DNA from: Pseudomonadota bacterium
GTDB lineage: Bacteria > Pseudomonadota > Alphaproteobacteria > Rhodobacterales > Rhodobacteraceae
NCBI GenBank assembly: GCA_039033775.1
Contig: JBCCCB010000001.1
Location: 1 to 46,846, forward strand
Direction: 5' to 3'
Length of the DNA stretch: 46,846 bases
The notes under the pieces were generated by a model. That model was not told the origin of the DNA, did no database searches, and saw nothing but the letters and a program-made list of their open reading frames with translations. Positions 25,785 to 35,951 of this stretch are shown in pieces; the stretch's first letter is position 1; the number at the start of each line of letters is the position of its first letter. A program made the translations under genes and the position numbers.

Positions 25785-28700
25785 TCAGGGCTGTCCGGCG
25801 GAAGAAAGGCGGGGATCGACGCGCGCTTCGAGGAGACTTTCGGCCCGCGCGCGCATCGCGTCGATATCCGTCGGCAGCAACAGGATCTCGCCCGATGCGG
25901 TCGCCACGGCCAAACGCCCATCCGCATCGAAGGTGATCCAACGCGCGGCTCTCTCGTTCCCCCCGGACGCCAGACTGCCAGCGGGCAACCGGTCCAATCG
26001 CCAGAGCGGCGCGGCATCGCCCGAGGGGTCGAAGCTCCAGACATAAATGCGGCCGTCGGATCCGAGCGCTGCCAGCAGGTCGCCGGCGGGAGAGAACGCG
26101 ACGACCTTGGTGTCCTCGGTCACCAACGGCAGCGTGATATGGGCGGCCTCCGGCGTCAGGTCATAGACGCGGATCAGGTCGTCGGACCGCGACGCCGCCA
26201 GCCAGCGGCCGGACGGATCGATGGCCAAGGACCCGGCCGAGCGGGCATCGCCGATGTCATCGGAGCCGAAGACTTGTTCGGGCTCGGCACCGGGCACCAC
26301 GCGTTTGATGCCGGTCCAGGTGCTGACATAGAACGCGGTGCCGTCGGGATCGGCTAAGACGCCGAACGCCGTGTCGATGGCGGGTTCGAGGACCTCGTTT
26401 TCCGAGACCAGCCGGAAGGCGCCCGTCCCATGGGTCGTGGCGACCCATGTCTCGGGCAGGGCGGCCACCCGCATCACCCTGGACCCGGACGGCACGGTCA
26501 AGGGGGTATCGCCCAAGACGTCAACCGACCCGTCGCCTAGGCCCACGGCGCGCAGGCCGCCGGCATCGAGGGCCATCGAAAAGATGTCGGCGTTGGCGGG
26601 CGCCGCGAAGGCCACTGGACGTGGTCGCACGGGAGGGGCGGTGTTCGACACCCGATGAATGCCGGAGGCAAGCTGCGCCATCATCCCGTCGGGCGCGACG
26701 GCGATCATGTCGACGGGCTCTTCCGGCGAAACGACGATGTAGTCGGCGGCGCCAGGCTCCGTCTGGTGCAGGTCCCACAGCGATACATCGCCGCTGACCG
26801 TGATGGCCAAGAGCCGTCGGTCGTCCGGGGACCAGGTCAGATAGCCCGGAGGAACCTCCGCCCCCAATGTTCGCCCGGTGAGAACCACGACGGGACGCGT
26901 TGGGTCCGGGCCGACGTCTGCAAAGCAGATCGAGCGCTGCTCGCATGGATAGGCCAGCGTGTCGCCCGCGTTGGACCACGCCAGGGCCGAGATCGGGCGG
27001 TCGACGTCAAGGACGTGGATCAGGGTGAGGGTATCTTGCTGCGGCAATCTTGCGAAAAGGCCGAGTGTTCCGTCGCGATCCCCGACCGCAACACGATCAC
27101 CGGAGGCGGAGACGGCCAGCGATATCGCGTCGAAGCGCCCGACACGTCGTCCGGTTGCGGGGACGGGCGCTCTCCAGTTTTCACCGTCGAAGCGGACAGG
27201 TGGGCGGTTATCCAACGGCAAGAGCCCAGGCGAGTTGTCGCTTGCGAATGCGATTTGGCCCGACGCGTCGGCGGCGATCATGTGGGCGGCTTGGCCGACA
27301 GGCTGCCGCGTCGCCGGTTCGCATCTCGGAGCATCCTGGGTGAAGCAGGTCGTCGAGAAGGTGTCGCGGTTCATCAGGAAGGTGACGGTCACCCCGTCAT
27401 CCATGGGCGTCAGGGCGACTTGATAACCGCTGCTTGGCGTGAAGCCGGTGGGCCAGTCGCCGGGGATCGTGTCGGTCAGATCCGCCTGAAGGATCGGCCC
27501 ATCCGGTATGACGCGATGGACGAACCATTGGTCATCCATCGCATAGAGCGTGCCGTCCGATGCGACCGTCAGATTGGATAGGCCGACGGTGGGTAGGGGA
27601 TCCAACGGGGTCGCAACGCCATCGGTCACACGGGTCAGGCCGCCGCCGCCCGAGAGCGCCAGATAGGTATTCGGGCCGGTCCAGGCGACGGATACTGCGT
27701 CCTGGGCCGGGGTGATCGCCCGGTCGCCGGTGGAGTGGTCCGCCAACGCCGCCAAAAGGGTGGCGTTCGTGGTGGGCGTGCGGGCGAGGTCGCTGGCCTT
27801 CTTGGCGGCGGCCAGGGCGTCGTCCCAATTGCCGAGGCGGAGTTCCAGCGTCGACCGGTTGAGGGCTTCGGCCATGTCCTCGGCGATCCGCGTGTTTTGC
27901 TGGCTCCACAAGATGGCGCCAAGACCGCCAGTGGCGCCAATCAGGACAGCGGCCCCCAGGGTCACGCGAAGCGCGCGCGACCGGCGGCTGGCTTGGTCCG
28001 AGCGTTTGATCAACGCGGGCAGACCGGTGGCATCCGCCTCGAGCGCGGCGTCGCCCCAGGCGGCGCGCAAGTCCCGGCCTTCTTCCAGCAGGAACCCGTC
28101 CAGCCGTTCGTCGGGGCGCGTCGCCATCACGTCGACCAGACGGTCGCGCGCGGCGTAGTGCCGGCGTTCGTCGCGCAGTAGGTCGGCCAGCTGGGTCCAC
28201 CCAGTCAGCAGGCTTTCGTGGGCGAGGCGGATCATGCCCTCGTCCGAGGTGATCAATCGCGCCTCGCGCAGGGCGCCTGCCAATCGCCCTTCAGGGCTGT
28301 CTTCGGCGAACCGGTCCATGGGCACCGTCGCGGACACGGCGGGTCGGTCGGGCGATGGACGGCGGACGAGGGCGCGCATCAGAGTGGCGAATGCGACCGC
28401 CGAGTGCCCTGTCACCACATCTTCGCCGCGCGCGGCCATGACACCGCCGACCTGGCCTAGCGCCTCATAGGCGGTGTGGGTCAATTGATTGTCGGCGCGT
28501 TCGGACCACAACTCGGACAGCAGGAACTGCATCGCGGGCAGGGCGGTGGGCTGGGTCGCTTCCTCGATCCGCTGGTCCAGGGCAGGCCGATCACCGGTCG
28601 CATCGGCGAAGGTCAGGCCAGCGGCGCGGGCGGGGCCGGTGATCATCTCGCGCAAGTCGGCGGGGCGCGGGAAGCTGACATGGAGCACCCGTTCGGGCGC

Positions 28701-29966
28701 GCCATCGGGCCGGATTTCGCCCTGCCCGACCAGTACGTCCAAGGCGGGCACCTCGGTGAGCCGATGCAGAAAGTCCGAGCGCATGGTGCCCAGCACATGG
28801 AGACCCGGCTGATCGGCGAAAGTGGCTAGAAGCGCCGCAAACGCCTGCGCGGCGTCGTCAGGCCAAGCGAACAACTCCTCCATCTGGTCGACCAGTAGGA
28901 TGAGGGCGACGCGATCGTCCGGTGCGAGCGGCGGCAGATGCCGATCGGACCCGGCATCGCGGGCGAGCGCGCCCACCAGCGGCGCCGCAGCGGCAGGGCC
29001 GCCCGCGACGAAGAGTTGCGCCAGCGCGGCGGCATCGGTGAAATCCCCGGCCTGCAGGGCAGCGGCCAGGGCGGGATGCCCGAAGATCGCCTGCGCCAGG
29101 GCCTGGGGCCAGGTGCCGGCGCCCAGCAGGGCGGGGCGCATGCCGATATGGATCACCGCCTCGCCGACCGAAGCCGCCGATCCGCGCCGCGACAACCGCG
29201 CCAGAAGGCCCGCGCGCACAAGCGACGATTTGCCCGAGCCGGAGGGCCCGGCGACCAGCAGGAAACGCTGGCCGTTGGCGGCGTTGGCGAGAAAGCGGGC
29301 GCGCAAGCGTTCGACCTCGCGGCGGCGCCCGAAGAAGATCGGGGCGTGTTCAACGTCGAACGGCGCCAGCCCGCGATACGGGTTGCCGTCGGTCCACGTG
29401 ACCGAGCCGAGGCGCAGCGCCAGCCAGTCGCGCAGGTGCCGTTCCAGCATTTCCTCGAACTCGGACGTGTCCTCGAAGGTCTGATAGCCGGCCGTGAATT
29501 GTCCGACTTCGCTGCGGAACCAGCGGTCCCAGAACGACAGCAGGTTGGCGCGTTGCAGGCGTTCCTGTTCGACCGTGTCTTCGGAGAAGGTGACGGCGGC
29601 CGTCTTGCGGTAGGCCAGAAGGTCGGGCAACTTCTCGGGCGACAGGCGCGCGGCTTCCATCGCGTCTTCGAATTCGAACTCCGTCCCCGTGGGGATGGTG
29701 CCGTCGTCGCGTTTGAACGCGTCGGGCAAGGGGCTGCCCAGGCGCTTCCAGAAAATGCAGACCACCAGGTCGCATTGCGACGGGCGGTCGATCTGGGCCT
29801 GAAATGTCGATAGGGCGGTGTAGTAAGCCCGTTCCCACAAGACGATGTGCAGCAGAGGTGTGGCGTGATCGCCGTTGATGCGATCGACGACCCGGGCGGC
29901 GGCCTCCCGTTCGGGACCGACATCTCCGGGCGAGGATAAGAAGATCCGGTAGGGCGTCTGGCTCAT
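25785..29966 (-). CDS. DUF4062/TIR-like - nSTAND1 NTPase - TM - WD40-like beta-propeller protein (1393 aa)
   Basis: IFLSSPGDV..ER and GTEFEF; PYRGLAPF..IFFGR, GPSGSGKSSLVRAG, LLVDQMEELF, TMRSDF, HESLL; hydrophobic helix; repeats such as VAFSPAGDLLAALGSDGRIYVW; ATG 29966 overlaps upstream stop. Confidence 0.85.
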   Translation of the reverse strand: MSQTPYRIFLSSPGDVGPEREAAARVVDRINGDHATPLLHIVLWERAYYTALSTFQAQIDRPSQCDLVVCIFWKRLGSPLPDAFKRDDGTIPTGTEFEFEDAMEAARLSPEKLPDLLAYRKTAAVTFSEDTVEQERLQRANLLSFWDRWFRSEVGQFTAGYQTFEDTSEFEEMLERHLRDWLALRLGSVTWTDGNPYRGLAPFDVEHAPIFFGRRREVERLRARFLANAANGQRFLLVAGPSGSGKSSLVRAGLLARLSRRGSAASVGEAVIHIGMRPALLGAGTWPQALAQAIFGHPALAAALQAGDFTDAAALAQLFVAGGPAAAAPLVGALARDAGSDRHLPPLAPDDRVALILLVDQMEELFAWPDDAAQAFAALLATFADQPGLHVLGTMRSDFLHRLTEVPALDVLVGQGEIRPDGAPERVLHVSFPRPADLREMITGPARAAGLTFADATGDRPALDQRIEEATQPTALPAMQFLLSELWSERADNQLTHTAYEALGQVGGVMAARGEDVVTGHSAVAFATLMRALVRRPSPDRPAVSATVPMDRFAEDSPEGRLAGALREARLITSDEGMIRLAHESLLTGWTQLADLLRDERRHYAARDRLVDVMATRPDERLDGFLLEEGRDLRAAWGDAALEADATGLPALIKRSDQASRRSRALRVTLGAAVLIGATGGLGAILWSQQNTRIAEDMAEALNRSTLELRLGNWDDALAAAKKASDLARTPTTNATLLAALADHSTGDRAITPAQDAVSVAWTGPNTYLALSGGGGLTRVTDGVATPLDPLPTVGLSNLTVASDGTLYAMDDQWFVHRVIPDGPILQADLTDTIPGDWPTGFTPSSGYQVALTPMDDGVTVTFLMNRDTFSTTCFTQDAPRCEPATRQPVGQAAHMIAADASGQIAFASDNSPGLLPLDNRPPVRFDGENWRAPVPATGRRVGRFDAISLAVSASGDRVAVGDRDGTLGLFARLPQQDTLTLIHVLDVDRPISALAWSNAGDTLAYPCEQRSICFADVGPDPTRPVVVLTGRTLGAEVPPGYLTWSPDDRRLLAITVSGDVSLWDLHQTEPGAADYIVVSPEEPVDMIAVAPDGMMAQLASGIHRVSNTAPPVRPRPVAFAAPANADIFSMALDAGGLRAVGLGDGSVDVLGDTPLTVPSGSRVMRVAALPETWVATTHGTGAFRLVSENEVLEPAIDTAFGVLADPDGTAFYVSTWTGIKRVVPGAEPEQVFGSDDIGDARSAGSLAIDPSGRWLAASRSDDLIRVYDLTPEAAHITLPLVTEDTKVVAFSPAGDLLAALGSDGRIYVWSFDPSGDAAPLWRLDRLPAGSLASGGNERAARWITFDADGRLAVATASGEILLLPTDIDAMRARAESLLEARVDPRLSSAGQP

Positions 29967-31102
29967 TCGGACGGCAGAACCGTGGTCGCGGTCCGCGCAT
30001 CGCGCGGGGGCAGCCGGTCGGCCGCCACAAATCCCCAGAGACCGCCCTTTTTCACCGGCGCGAAACCTTCGGACATGCGGAAGGCATCTTCGAACCGGGG
30101 TTCGATCCACAGGCTGATGCCGGTATCCGGATCGAGACGCAGAAATCCGCGTTTGCCGTCCTTTCGCACCAGCGCGAAGCCTTCGGAAAAGCCGAAGGCC
30201 GCGTCCCATTCCGGTTCGACCACGACGCGCCCCAACCCGTCGATATATCCCCACAGGCCGTCGATCTTGACCGGCGCGAACCCTTCGGAGAAGGACCGCG
30301 CGTCCTCGAACCGCCCTTCCCAATGATAGGTCCCGTCGCGGTGCAGAAACCCCCAGCGTCCCGGTTGCTTGGCGGCGGGGGCGAAGCCGTCGGACATCCG
30401 CTTGACCGAGTGAAACAGGCCATGGTCCTCCCGCCCCAGCGGCGGCGCCAGAATCGGCGAGGGCAGGAAGGCCAAGGTCTCCCCGGCCGGGTAGCGGACA
30501 ACGGCGCGCCGTTCGGCGGGTGGAAAGGCGCGGATGGCCGGCACGACCGTGTCCGTGACTTCGTCATAGATCACCAGAGCCTGGCGACCTTCGAAATAGT
30601 GGGGGTCGAACACGGCCCATCCCTGGTCGTCGCGGGCGACGATGGTGTCGCCTTCGCGTCCCGCGATTTCCAGGAACTGGAAATGCCGTTCCATCCGACC
30701 ATTCGGCCGGACATATCCCCACTTTCCGCCGATTTGGACCGGAGCGAATCCGTTTTGGAATCGTCCGATATCCTCGTGTTCCGGCGGGACCCACCAGTTT
30801 CCGTCGCGATCTAAGGCGCCCCATCCCCAAACGCCGCGCGCGCCGAAGCGCCCGTCGCTTCCGCCGCGCATGTCTTCGAAGACCGGCGCCACATGCCAGG
30901 TGCCGTCGCGGTCGATGAGCCCCCAACGGTCGCCCTGCTTGGCCGGCGCCACCCCATCGTGGAACAGGCCGACCAGATCGAATTGCGGGGCAATCGCGAT
31001 CCGGCCGCCGGGTTCTGCGGTCGTGACGGCCGGCACCTGCGCCAATGCGGGTGGGGGCAGGCAGGCCAGCGCGGCCAGGGCAAGGATCGCGCGGCCTAGC
31101 AT
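29963..31102 (-). CDS. Secreted WG-repeat (KWG Leptospira-type) protein
   Basis: Signal peptide; repeated WG(L/Y/F)ID..G and F.EGFAPVK motifs. Confidence 0.88.
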   Translation of the reverse strand: MLGRAILALAALACLPPPALAQVPAVTTAEPGGRIAIAPQFDLVGLFHDGVAPAKQGDRWGLIDRDGTWHVAPVFEDMRGGSDGRFGARGVWGWGALDRDGNWWVPPEHEDIGRFQNGFAPVQIGGKWGYVRPNGRMERHFQFLEIAGREGDTIVARDDQGWAVFDPHYFEGRQALVIYDEVTDTVVPAIRAFPPAERRAVVRYPAGETLAFLPSPILAPPLGREDHGLFHSVKRMSDGFAPAAKQPGRWGFLHRDGTYHWEGRFEDARSFSEGFAPVKIDGLWGYIDGLGRVVVEPEWDAAFGFSEGFALVRKDGKRGFLRLDPDTGISLWIEPRFEDAFRMSEGFAPVKKGGLWGFVAADRLPPRDARTATTVLPSE

Positions 31103-32940
31103 CGGGCCTGCGGTGGCCTTACGGCGGTGGGAAACTGCGTCGGCCGCAGGAACAGGATGTCCAGATCGCGCGAGACGATCTGGCGGCGGTCCGTCAGTTC
31201 GACCACCACGCGCATCACGTGGCGCGAATTGCGATCCGCATCGACGGCAAACCTCCAGGCATCCACCGCGCCCTGGGGCACGGTTTCGGCCAGGCCCAGG
31301 TCGATCCGATAGGGGCCTTGCCCGATCCGCAGGTCGAATGGCACGTCACGGGTAAGGTCGCGAACGAAGCCCCCTTCGCATTCGCCGCGGCTGAACAGGG
31401 CGCCCAACGGCATGAACCCGTTGAAGGGAGCCGTGCTGCTTTGGTCCCGCCCATCCGCATCGCGCCAGCGATAAGACAGCTCGCCCTCGAATCGGAGACC
31501 GTATTTGACGCCCGCCCGGTCACCCAGATGCACGAACGGGGCGGCTGCGCCGAGCAGGGCGCTCCGCCGCAAGACCTCGAAGCAAGTCTCGCGGTTGCGG
31601 TCGGCGCAGAACGTTTCGATCTGCGCCAGGGAATCGGGCGCGATCCCATGTTCCGCTAGGGCAGGCGCGAAGGAGAACGCGTCGATGCCCGCGACCGTGC
31701 CGATGTCGAGCGACTGTCCCGGAAGGGCGCCGGCCGGACCCAGGAAGCGGAAGTTCAGGACCACATCCTCGGCCGGGGCCAGGCCGTAATTTTCGATGCT
31801 GAACGCCACGGATGCCAGTGACAAGGGCGTCAGTTCGGTGGCCTGCAACAGCGGGCGCGGTGCTTCGCGGCTTTCGTCCACCTCGATATGGGCACCGCGG
31901 ATCGAAAGCGGACTGCGCGTGTCGTTCTGCAGGACCATCGACAGGGTCAGCGGGATGACTGCGTCGTCGTCGTAATTGCCGAAGGTGTAGACGTCCGACA
32001 GCCAGCGGCCGTCATTGAACCCCAAAGGTTCCTCGACCACGATATTGGCCTGACCGGTCCAGATCTCCATCAGGCGCGGGGCATCCGGGAACACCTCCAG
32101 CTTGCCGGGGCGCGGGGTGGACGTGTAGCCGATGGCACCGTCGACCAGTTGACAGCAGAACGACGGAACGTCGCTGGGCGCGACGCGCAGCAGGACGCCG
32201 GGAACAGTGTCGCCGATCGCCTGTGCGGGGCGAAAGCGCCAGTCGTCGGGCGCCGGGCCGCGTTGCCCCGGCAATTCGGTCCCGCCGCGCCAGACCGCAG
32301 CGAAGACATTGCCGTCGGGCGACCGTTCCAGCCCGGGACCATGGCGCAATCCGGCTGCGAAGCGGCCTTCATGGACGGCGCCCGTGGCATCCAGCCTTAG
32401 TCCGTCGCCATGCGGCAGGCCGTCGACGAACCCGCCGCGATACACATCCCCGCCCGGCAGGCGCAGCGCGCCTTGGCCATGCATCATGCCCGCGTGCCAA
32501 TCCCCGTCGTAGCGCAGGCCGTCGACATGCACGTAGGTGCCGTATCCCTGCAAGATACCGTCCACCACCTCGCCGCGATATTGCGCCACCAGACCCTCGG
32601 CGCCGTGGCGCGGGCTGCCGGTCCGGCGCCACGTCAGCGCGCCGACGCCGGTGATCGGCCCGCCTTCTGCCCCCGCCGCATCGCCCGGTTGCCAGATCAG
32701 ATCGTGATTTTCGCCGGCAAATGGATCTTGCACGATAAAGGTTCGCCGCGTCAGACCGGTCGCCACCCCCGTCCAAAGCAATTGGCGGAACTGGCGGCGC
32801 TGCGCGCGATCCCGATCCGGCACCACCGCCGCGATCGCGGCCGCAGGGGGCGCGATGCGATCGAGTGTCTGGGCAAAACCGGGTGTCGCATCGGCGAGGC
32901 AGAGGGCCAGAAACACGTGGATCGCGATCATGCGAAGCAT
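31096..32940 (-). CDS. Secreted MORN-repeat protein with unrecognised C-terminal domain
   Basis: Signal peptide; YRGEVVDGILQGYG, YDGDWHAGMMHGQG, YRGGFVDGLPHGDG, HEGRFAAGLRHGPG. Confidence 0.82.
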   Translation of the reverse strand: MLRMIAIHVFLALCLADATPGFAQTLDRIAPPAAAIAAVVPDRDRAQRRQFRQLLWTGVATGLTRRTFIVQDPFAGENHDLIWQPGDAAGAEGGPITGVGALTWRRTGSPRHGAEGLVAQYRGEVVDGILQGYGTYVHVDGLRYDGDWHAGMMHGQGALRLPGGDVYRGGFVDGLPHGDGLRLDATGAVHEGRFAAGLRHGPGLERSPDGNVFAAVWRGGTELPGQRGPAPDDWRFRPAQAIGDTVPGVLLRVAPSDVPSFCCQLVDGAIGYTSTPRPGKLEVFPDAPRLMEIWTGQANIVVEEPLGFNDGRWLSDVYTFGNYDDDAVIPLTLSMVLQNDTRSPLSIRGAHIEVDESREAPRPLLQATELTPLSLASVAFSIENYGLAPAEDVVLNFRFLGPAGALPGQSLDIGTVAGIDAFSFAPALAEHGIAPDSLAQIETFCADRNRETCFEVLRRSALLGAAAPFVHLGDRAGVKYGLRFEGELSYRWRDADGRDQSSTAPFNGFMPLGALFSRGECEGGFVRDLTRDVPFDLRIGQGPYRIDLGLAETVPQGAVDAWRFAVDADRNSRHVMRVVVELTDRRQIVSRDLDILFLRPTQFPTAVRPPQARC

Positions 32941-32997
32941 TGGGATTGGCCGCCTGACGTTCCGGGTTTACCCAACGGTAGGAGAGGGGGGCGTGCA

Positions 32998-34665
32998 TTG
33001 CAATTTCTTTGGGTGATCGTCGCCATTGTCGTCGTCTGTCTGGGACACATGGCCCGTGCGCAGGAAAGCCGCTTCATCCAGGCCGCGCGCCATCTGCCGA
33101 AGATCGAAACCGCCTTGCGGCAGGAGCGGCCGGATTTCGACCCGCCCGCCGGCGTAACCGGGATCACCGTGCCGCATCACCTTCTGGCGGCCGACCTGAT
33201 CGCACGTGGGGTCTGGGCCGCGTCGGCCAGGCAGCCCAAGCGCATCCTGCTATTGTCGCCCGACCATCCCCGCGACCTTGAGACGCCGTTCGGCGTGACC
33301 ACCGCCCCATTGGACGCGGAAACGGGGCCGGTGCCCCCGGATCCCGCGATCTCGGACGCGTTGCTGGTGCATCGGGATCTGTTCACCGATACGGGCAACG
33401 TGCCGATCGAACATGGCGTGCATTCGGTGACGCCGTTTCTTGCATCGGTCTTTCCCGGCGTCCCCGTCGCGGCCGTCACGAGTGGGAAGACGGCTGGACC
33501 CACCGACTGGGCCCGGCTGGCGGATATCCTGGAGCCGCTGATCGCGCCCGACACGTTGATCGTTCAATCGACCGACTATTCGCACCACCTTCCGCAATCC
33601 GTTGCGGTTCTGCGCGATCAGGAGACGTTGTCGATCCTGTCCACAGGCGACGCCAGTGCCGCTTTGGCGCTGAACCAGCCCGCACATCTGGACAGCCTGG
33701 CGTCGCAATGGCTGATGACCGAGTTGCAGACCCGCGTGCATGCCGCGTCGCCCGTGATCATCGCGAACCGCTCTTCGGCCCGCTATGCGCCGGGGGCGCC
33801 GGAGCAGGGGACGACCAGCTATGTCGTCGCGGCCTGGAGCGCGGATGCGGGCGCGGGATCGGCGTTGCGCTATGACGACCAAGACGTGCTGTGGTTCGGC
33901 GGTGACGTGATGACCGGGCGCGGGATGATCCCGGTCCTGTCCGACCCGCAGCGACTTGCGGCGATGGTGCAGGCGGTTCAGGCGATCACGGGCGGCGCGC
34001 CGCTGCTGGTCAATCTTGAAGGTGCGCTGCTGCCCGAACGCCCGATCGGTGCCCATTCGGCGCAGCATTGGTTGCCGCCGGCCGTCACCCGGCCCGCGTT
34101 GCGCGGCATGGGTGTGACGGCCGTCAGCTTGGCGAATAATCACGCGGGCGATTTCGGTCCGATCGGGACCGAGATGACGGCCGAAGCGCTTCTGGCGATG
34201 GATATCATGCCGATGTTCCACGCGGAGGTCGTCGACCTGGGACCCGTGCGCATCCTGCCGTTGACCTTTCGGCGCAGCTACTTCGCGGAACATGACGTGA
34301 TCCGGACCGGTGACCAACTGGCCCAGGCCTGCGATGTGGAGGCGCGGCCCCCGGTCGTCGCCTTTGTCCATTGGGGAGGAGACTACACCGCCACGCCCGA
34401 CCGGGAGGTAGAGGAGGCGACGCGCATCCTGCGCGATTGCGGAATCACGGCGGTGATCGGCGCCCACGGACATGTCGCGTCAGACGCCCCGGACGCGCCC
34501 ATGGCAGGCGGCATCCTCCGGGTGACATCCTTGGGCAACTTGATCTTCGATCAAATGGCCGACGTGTCCGGCGCGCTGGCCGAATTGCGCGTATTCGAAC
34601 AGGGGACCGTTGCGCTGCGCCTGGTGCCGGTCCCCAATTTCTTCGATGCGCAGCGGCTCGATTAA
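32998..34665 (+). CDS. Exported Memo-like (AmmeMemoRadiSam B) / CapA-type metallophosphatase fusion
   Basis: N-terminal hydrophobic segment; VPHH, LSPDH, EHGV, STDYSH (Memo); GDVM, NLEG, ANNH, HWG, GAHGH, SLGN.IFDQ (CapA); TTG start after AGGAG. Confidence 0.82.
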   Translation: MQFLWVIVAIVVVCLGHMARAQESRFIQAARHLPKIETALRQERPDFDPPAGVTGITVPHHLLAADLIARGVWAASARQPKRILLLSPDHPRDLETPFGVTTAPLDAETGPVPPDPAISDALLVHRDLFTDTGNVPIEHGVHSVTPFLASVFPGVPVAAVTSGKTAGPTDWARLADILEPLIAPDTLIVQSTDYSHHLPQSVAVLRDQETLSILSTGDASAALALNQPAHLDSLASQWLMTELQTRVHAASPVIIANRSSARYAPGAPEQGTTSYVVAAWSADAGAGSALRYDDQDVLWFGGDVMTGRGMIPVLSDPQRLAAMVQAVQAITGGAPLLVNLEGALLPERPIGAHSAQHWLPPAVTRPALRGMGVTAVSLANNHAGDFGPIGTEMTAEALLAMDIMPMFHAEVVDLGPVRILPLTFRRSYFAEHDVIRTGDQLAQACDVEARPPVVAFVHWGGDYTATPDREVEEATRILRDCGITAVIGAHGHVASDAPDAPMAGGILRVTSLGNLIFDQMADVSGALAELRVFEQGTVALRLVPVPNFFDAQRLD

Positions 34666-35951
34666 TCGGTCGCGTCGAAGGCCCGCTGCAACTGTGCCCG
34701 GACATCCGGCGCCAGGTCCATGTGGTCGGCCAGCAGGCCCATCTGCTCGGCGGTGCTTCGATGCGATCCGGTTTCGCTGGGAAACCGGTCGACGGCCTCG
34801 CGGAACAGGCGGATCGCCCGGTCCGTTTCCCCCAGGATCAGCGCGGTACCCGCAATCGTCGCCGCTTCCCAGTAGGTCAAGTCCGGCGTGATCTCCGGCG
34901 GCAGCAGGTCAGCGACCTCGCGGGCCAATCGCCGTCCGGTTTCGGCGTCTTCTTCGCTCCCCAACATCATGGATTTCGAGGCGGCGTTGATGCCGCAATA
35001 GGCGTCGTCGCGCGACAGCTGGAAGCCCAATTCATAGAGATCCCGCGCGCGGCGCAGGTGGCGACGCTGACCGGTGGCCTTATGGGCGTCCATGAAGGTG
35101 CGGGCATAAAGACCCAGGGTTTCGGGGTCCCGCGCGCCTGAAACGTAAAGCTTGCCCAGGATCTCGGCGGCCTCGTCGTCATCCCCGGCGTTGCCGCGGC
35201 GCGACAGCGAATGGGCCAGCATCTGCCTTGGCCGCAGCGCGCGCGGGAAACGCGTCACCAAGGCCCGGGCACGGTCGACCGCCATGTCGGGATGTCCAAG
35301 TTTGGCCAGAGCTTCGATGCAGCGGGCGCCCAACGCGGCCGATACGTCCCAGGCCAGGCCCCCGGCATCGAACAGCGCGCAGAGCCGGTCGGCGCTGCCC
35401 CGATCTTCGGCAGCCCGGATGCTGGCCATGGCGTCGTCGGCCTTGCCCTGCAGCTCTTCCCCGAAGGCCAGCGCTTCCCGGCTGAGCGGCTGACCGACGA
35501 TGCCATGCAGCAAGCGGAGCAATTCGGGGCCGTTGGGGCCGTCGGGATAGGCGTGGAAATTGAGATAGAAATGAGATTTGGCGAAAGGTGGCAGGTTGGA
35601 ATCATCCAGCTTCACGGGCACAAAGTGAAAGTCGGGCTCGTCCTTGTCCCGGCCCCGCAGGACGACGTATTCGTCCTTCACCCATTGGCTGTCTGCTGCG
35701 GCATGGGACCAGATCAGGACACCGGCCTGGGACGCGCTGATCGCGTCTTCGATGCTGCCGGTCAATCGCTCGCCCGGGACCAGGACGCGCTGGTCCAGGA
35801 AGACCTTGTGTCCCGCCTCGCATAGTGTGTCGTAGAGGTTGATAACCCAGGGCCGATTCACCGACCGGTAGGACAGGAAGACATTGTACTTCTGGCCGTC
35901 TTTCAGGGGGCGCGGCGGGGGCGCCAAGTCGATCATGCGGTTCGTGATCAC
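34662..35951 (-). CDS. TIR domain protein with C-terminal TPR-like region (MAP3K TRAF-binding/DUF4071-like)
   Basis: YNVFLSYRS, VFLD, SQWVKDE (TIR, Glu retained); DPETLGLYAR, YELGF..DAYCGINAAS, YWEAATIA. Confidence 0.82.
   Translation of the reverse strand: MITNRMIDLAPPPRPLKDGQKYNVFLSYRSVNRPWVINLYDTLCEAGHKVFLDQRVLVPGERLTGSIEDAISASQAGVLIWSHAAADSQWVKDEYVVLRGRDKDEPDFHFVPVKLDDSNLPPFAKSHFYLNFHAYPDGPNGPELLRLLHGIVGQPLSREALAFGEELQGKADDAMASIRAAEDRGSADRLCALFDAGGLAWDVSAALGARCIEALAKLGHPDMAVDRARALVTRFPRALRPRQMLAHSLSRRGNAGDDDEAAEILGKLYVSGARDPETLGLYARTFMDAHKATGQRRHLRRARDLYELGFQLSRDDAYCGINAASKSMMLGSEEDAETGRRLAREVADLLPPEITPDLTYWEAATIAGTALILGETDRAIRLFREAVDRFPSETGSHRSTAEQMGLLADHMDLAPDVRAQLQRAFDATD

Noticed and set aside
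29967-30323. N-terminal extension giving a 1512-aa STAND protein
   Set aside because: Overlaps the WG-repeat gene in another frame; ATG at 29966 gives a typical ATGA coupling
32410-32997. N-terminal extension of the 751-aa Memo-CapA ORF
   Set aside because: Antisense to the MORN gene; RBS and hydrophobic leader point to a start at 32998
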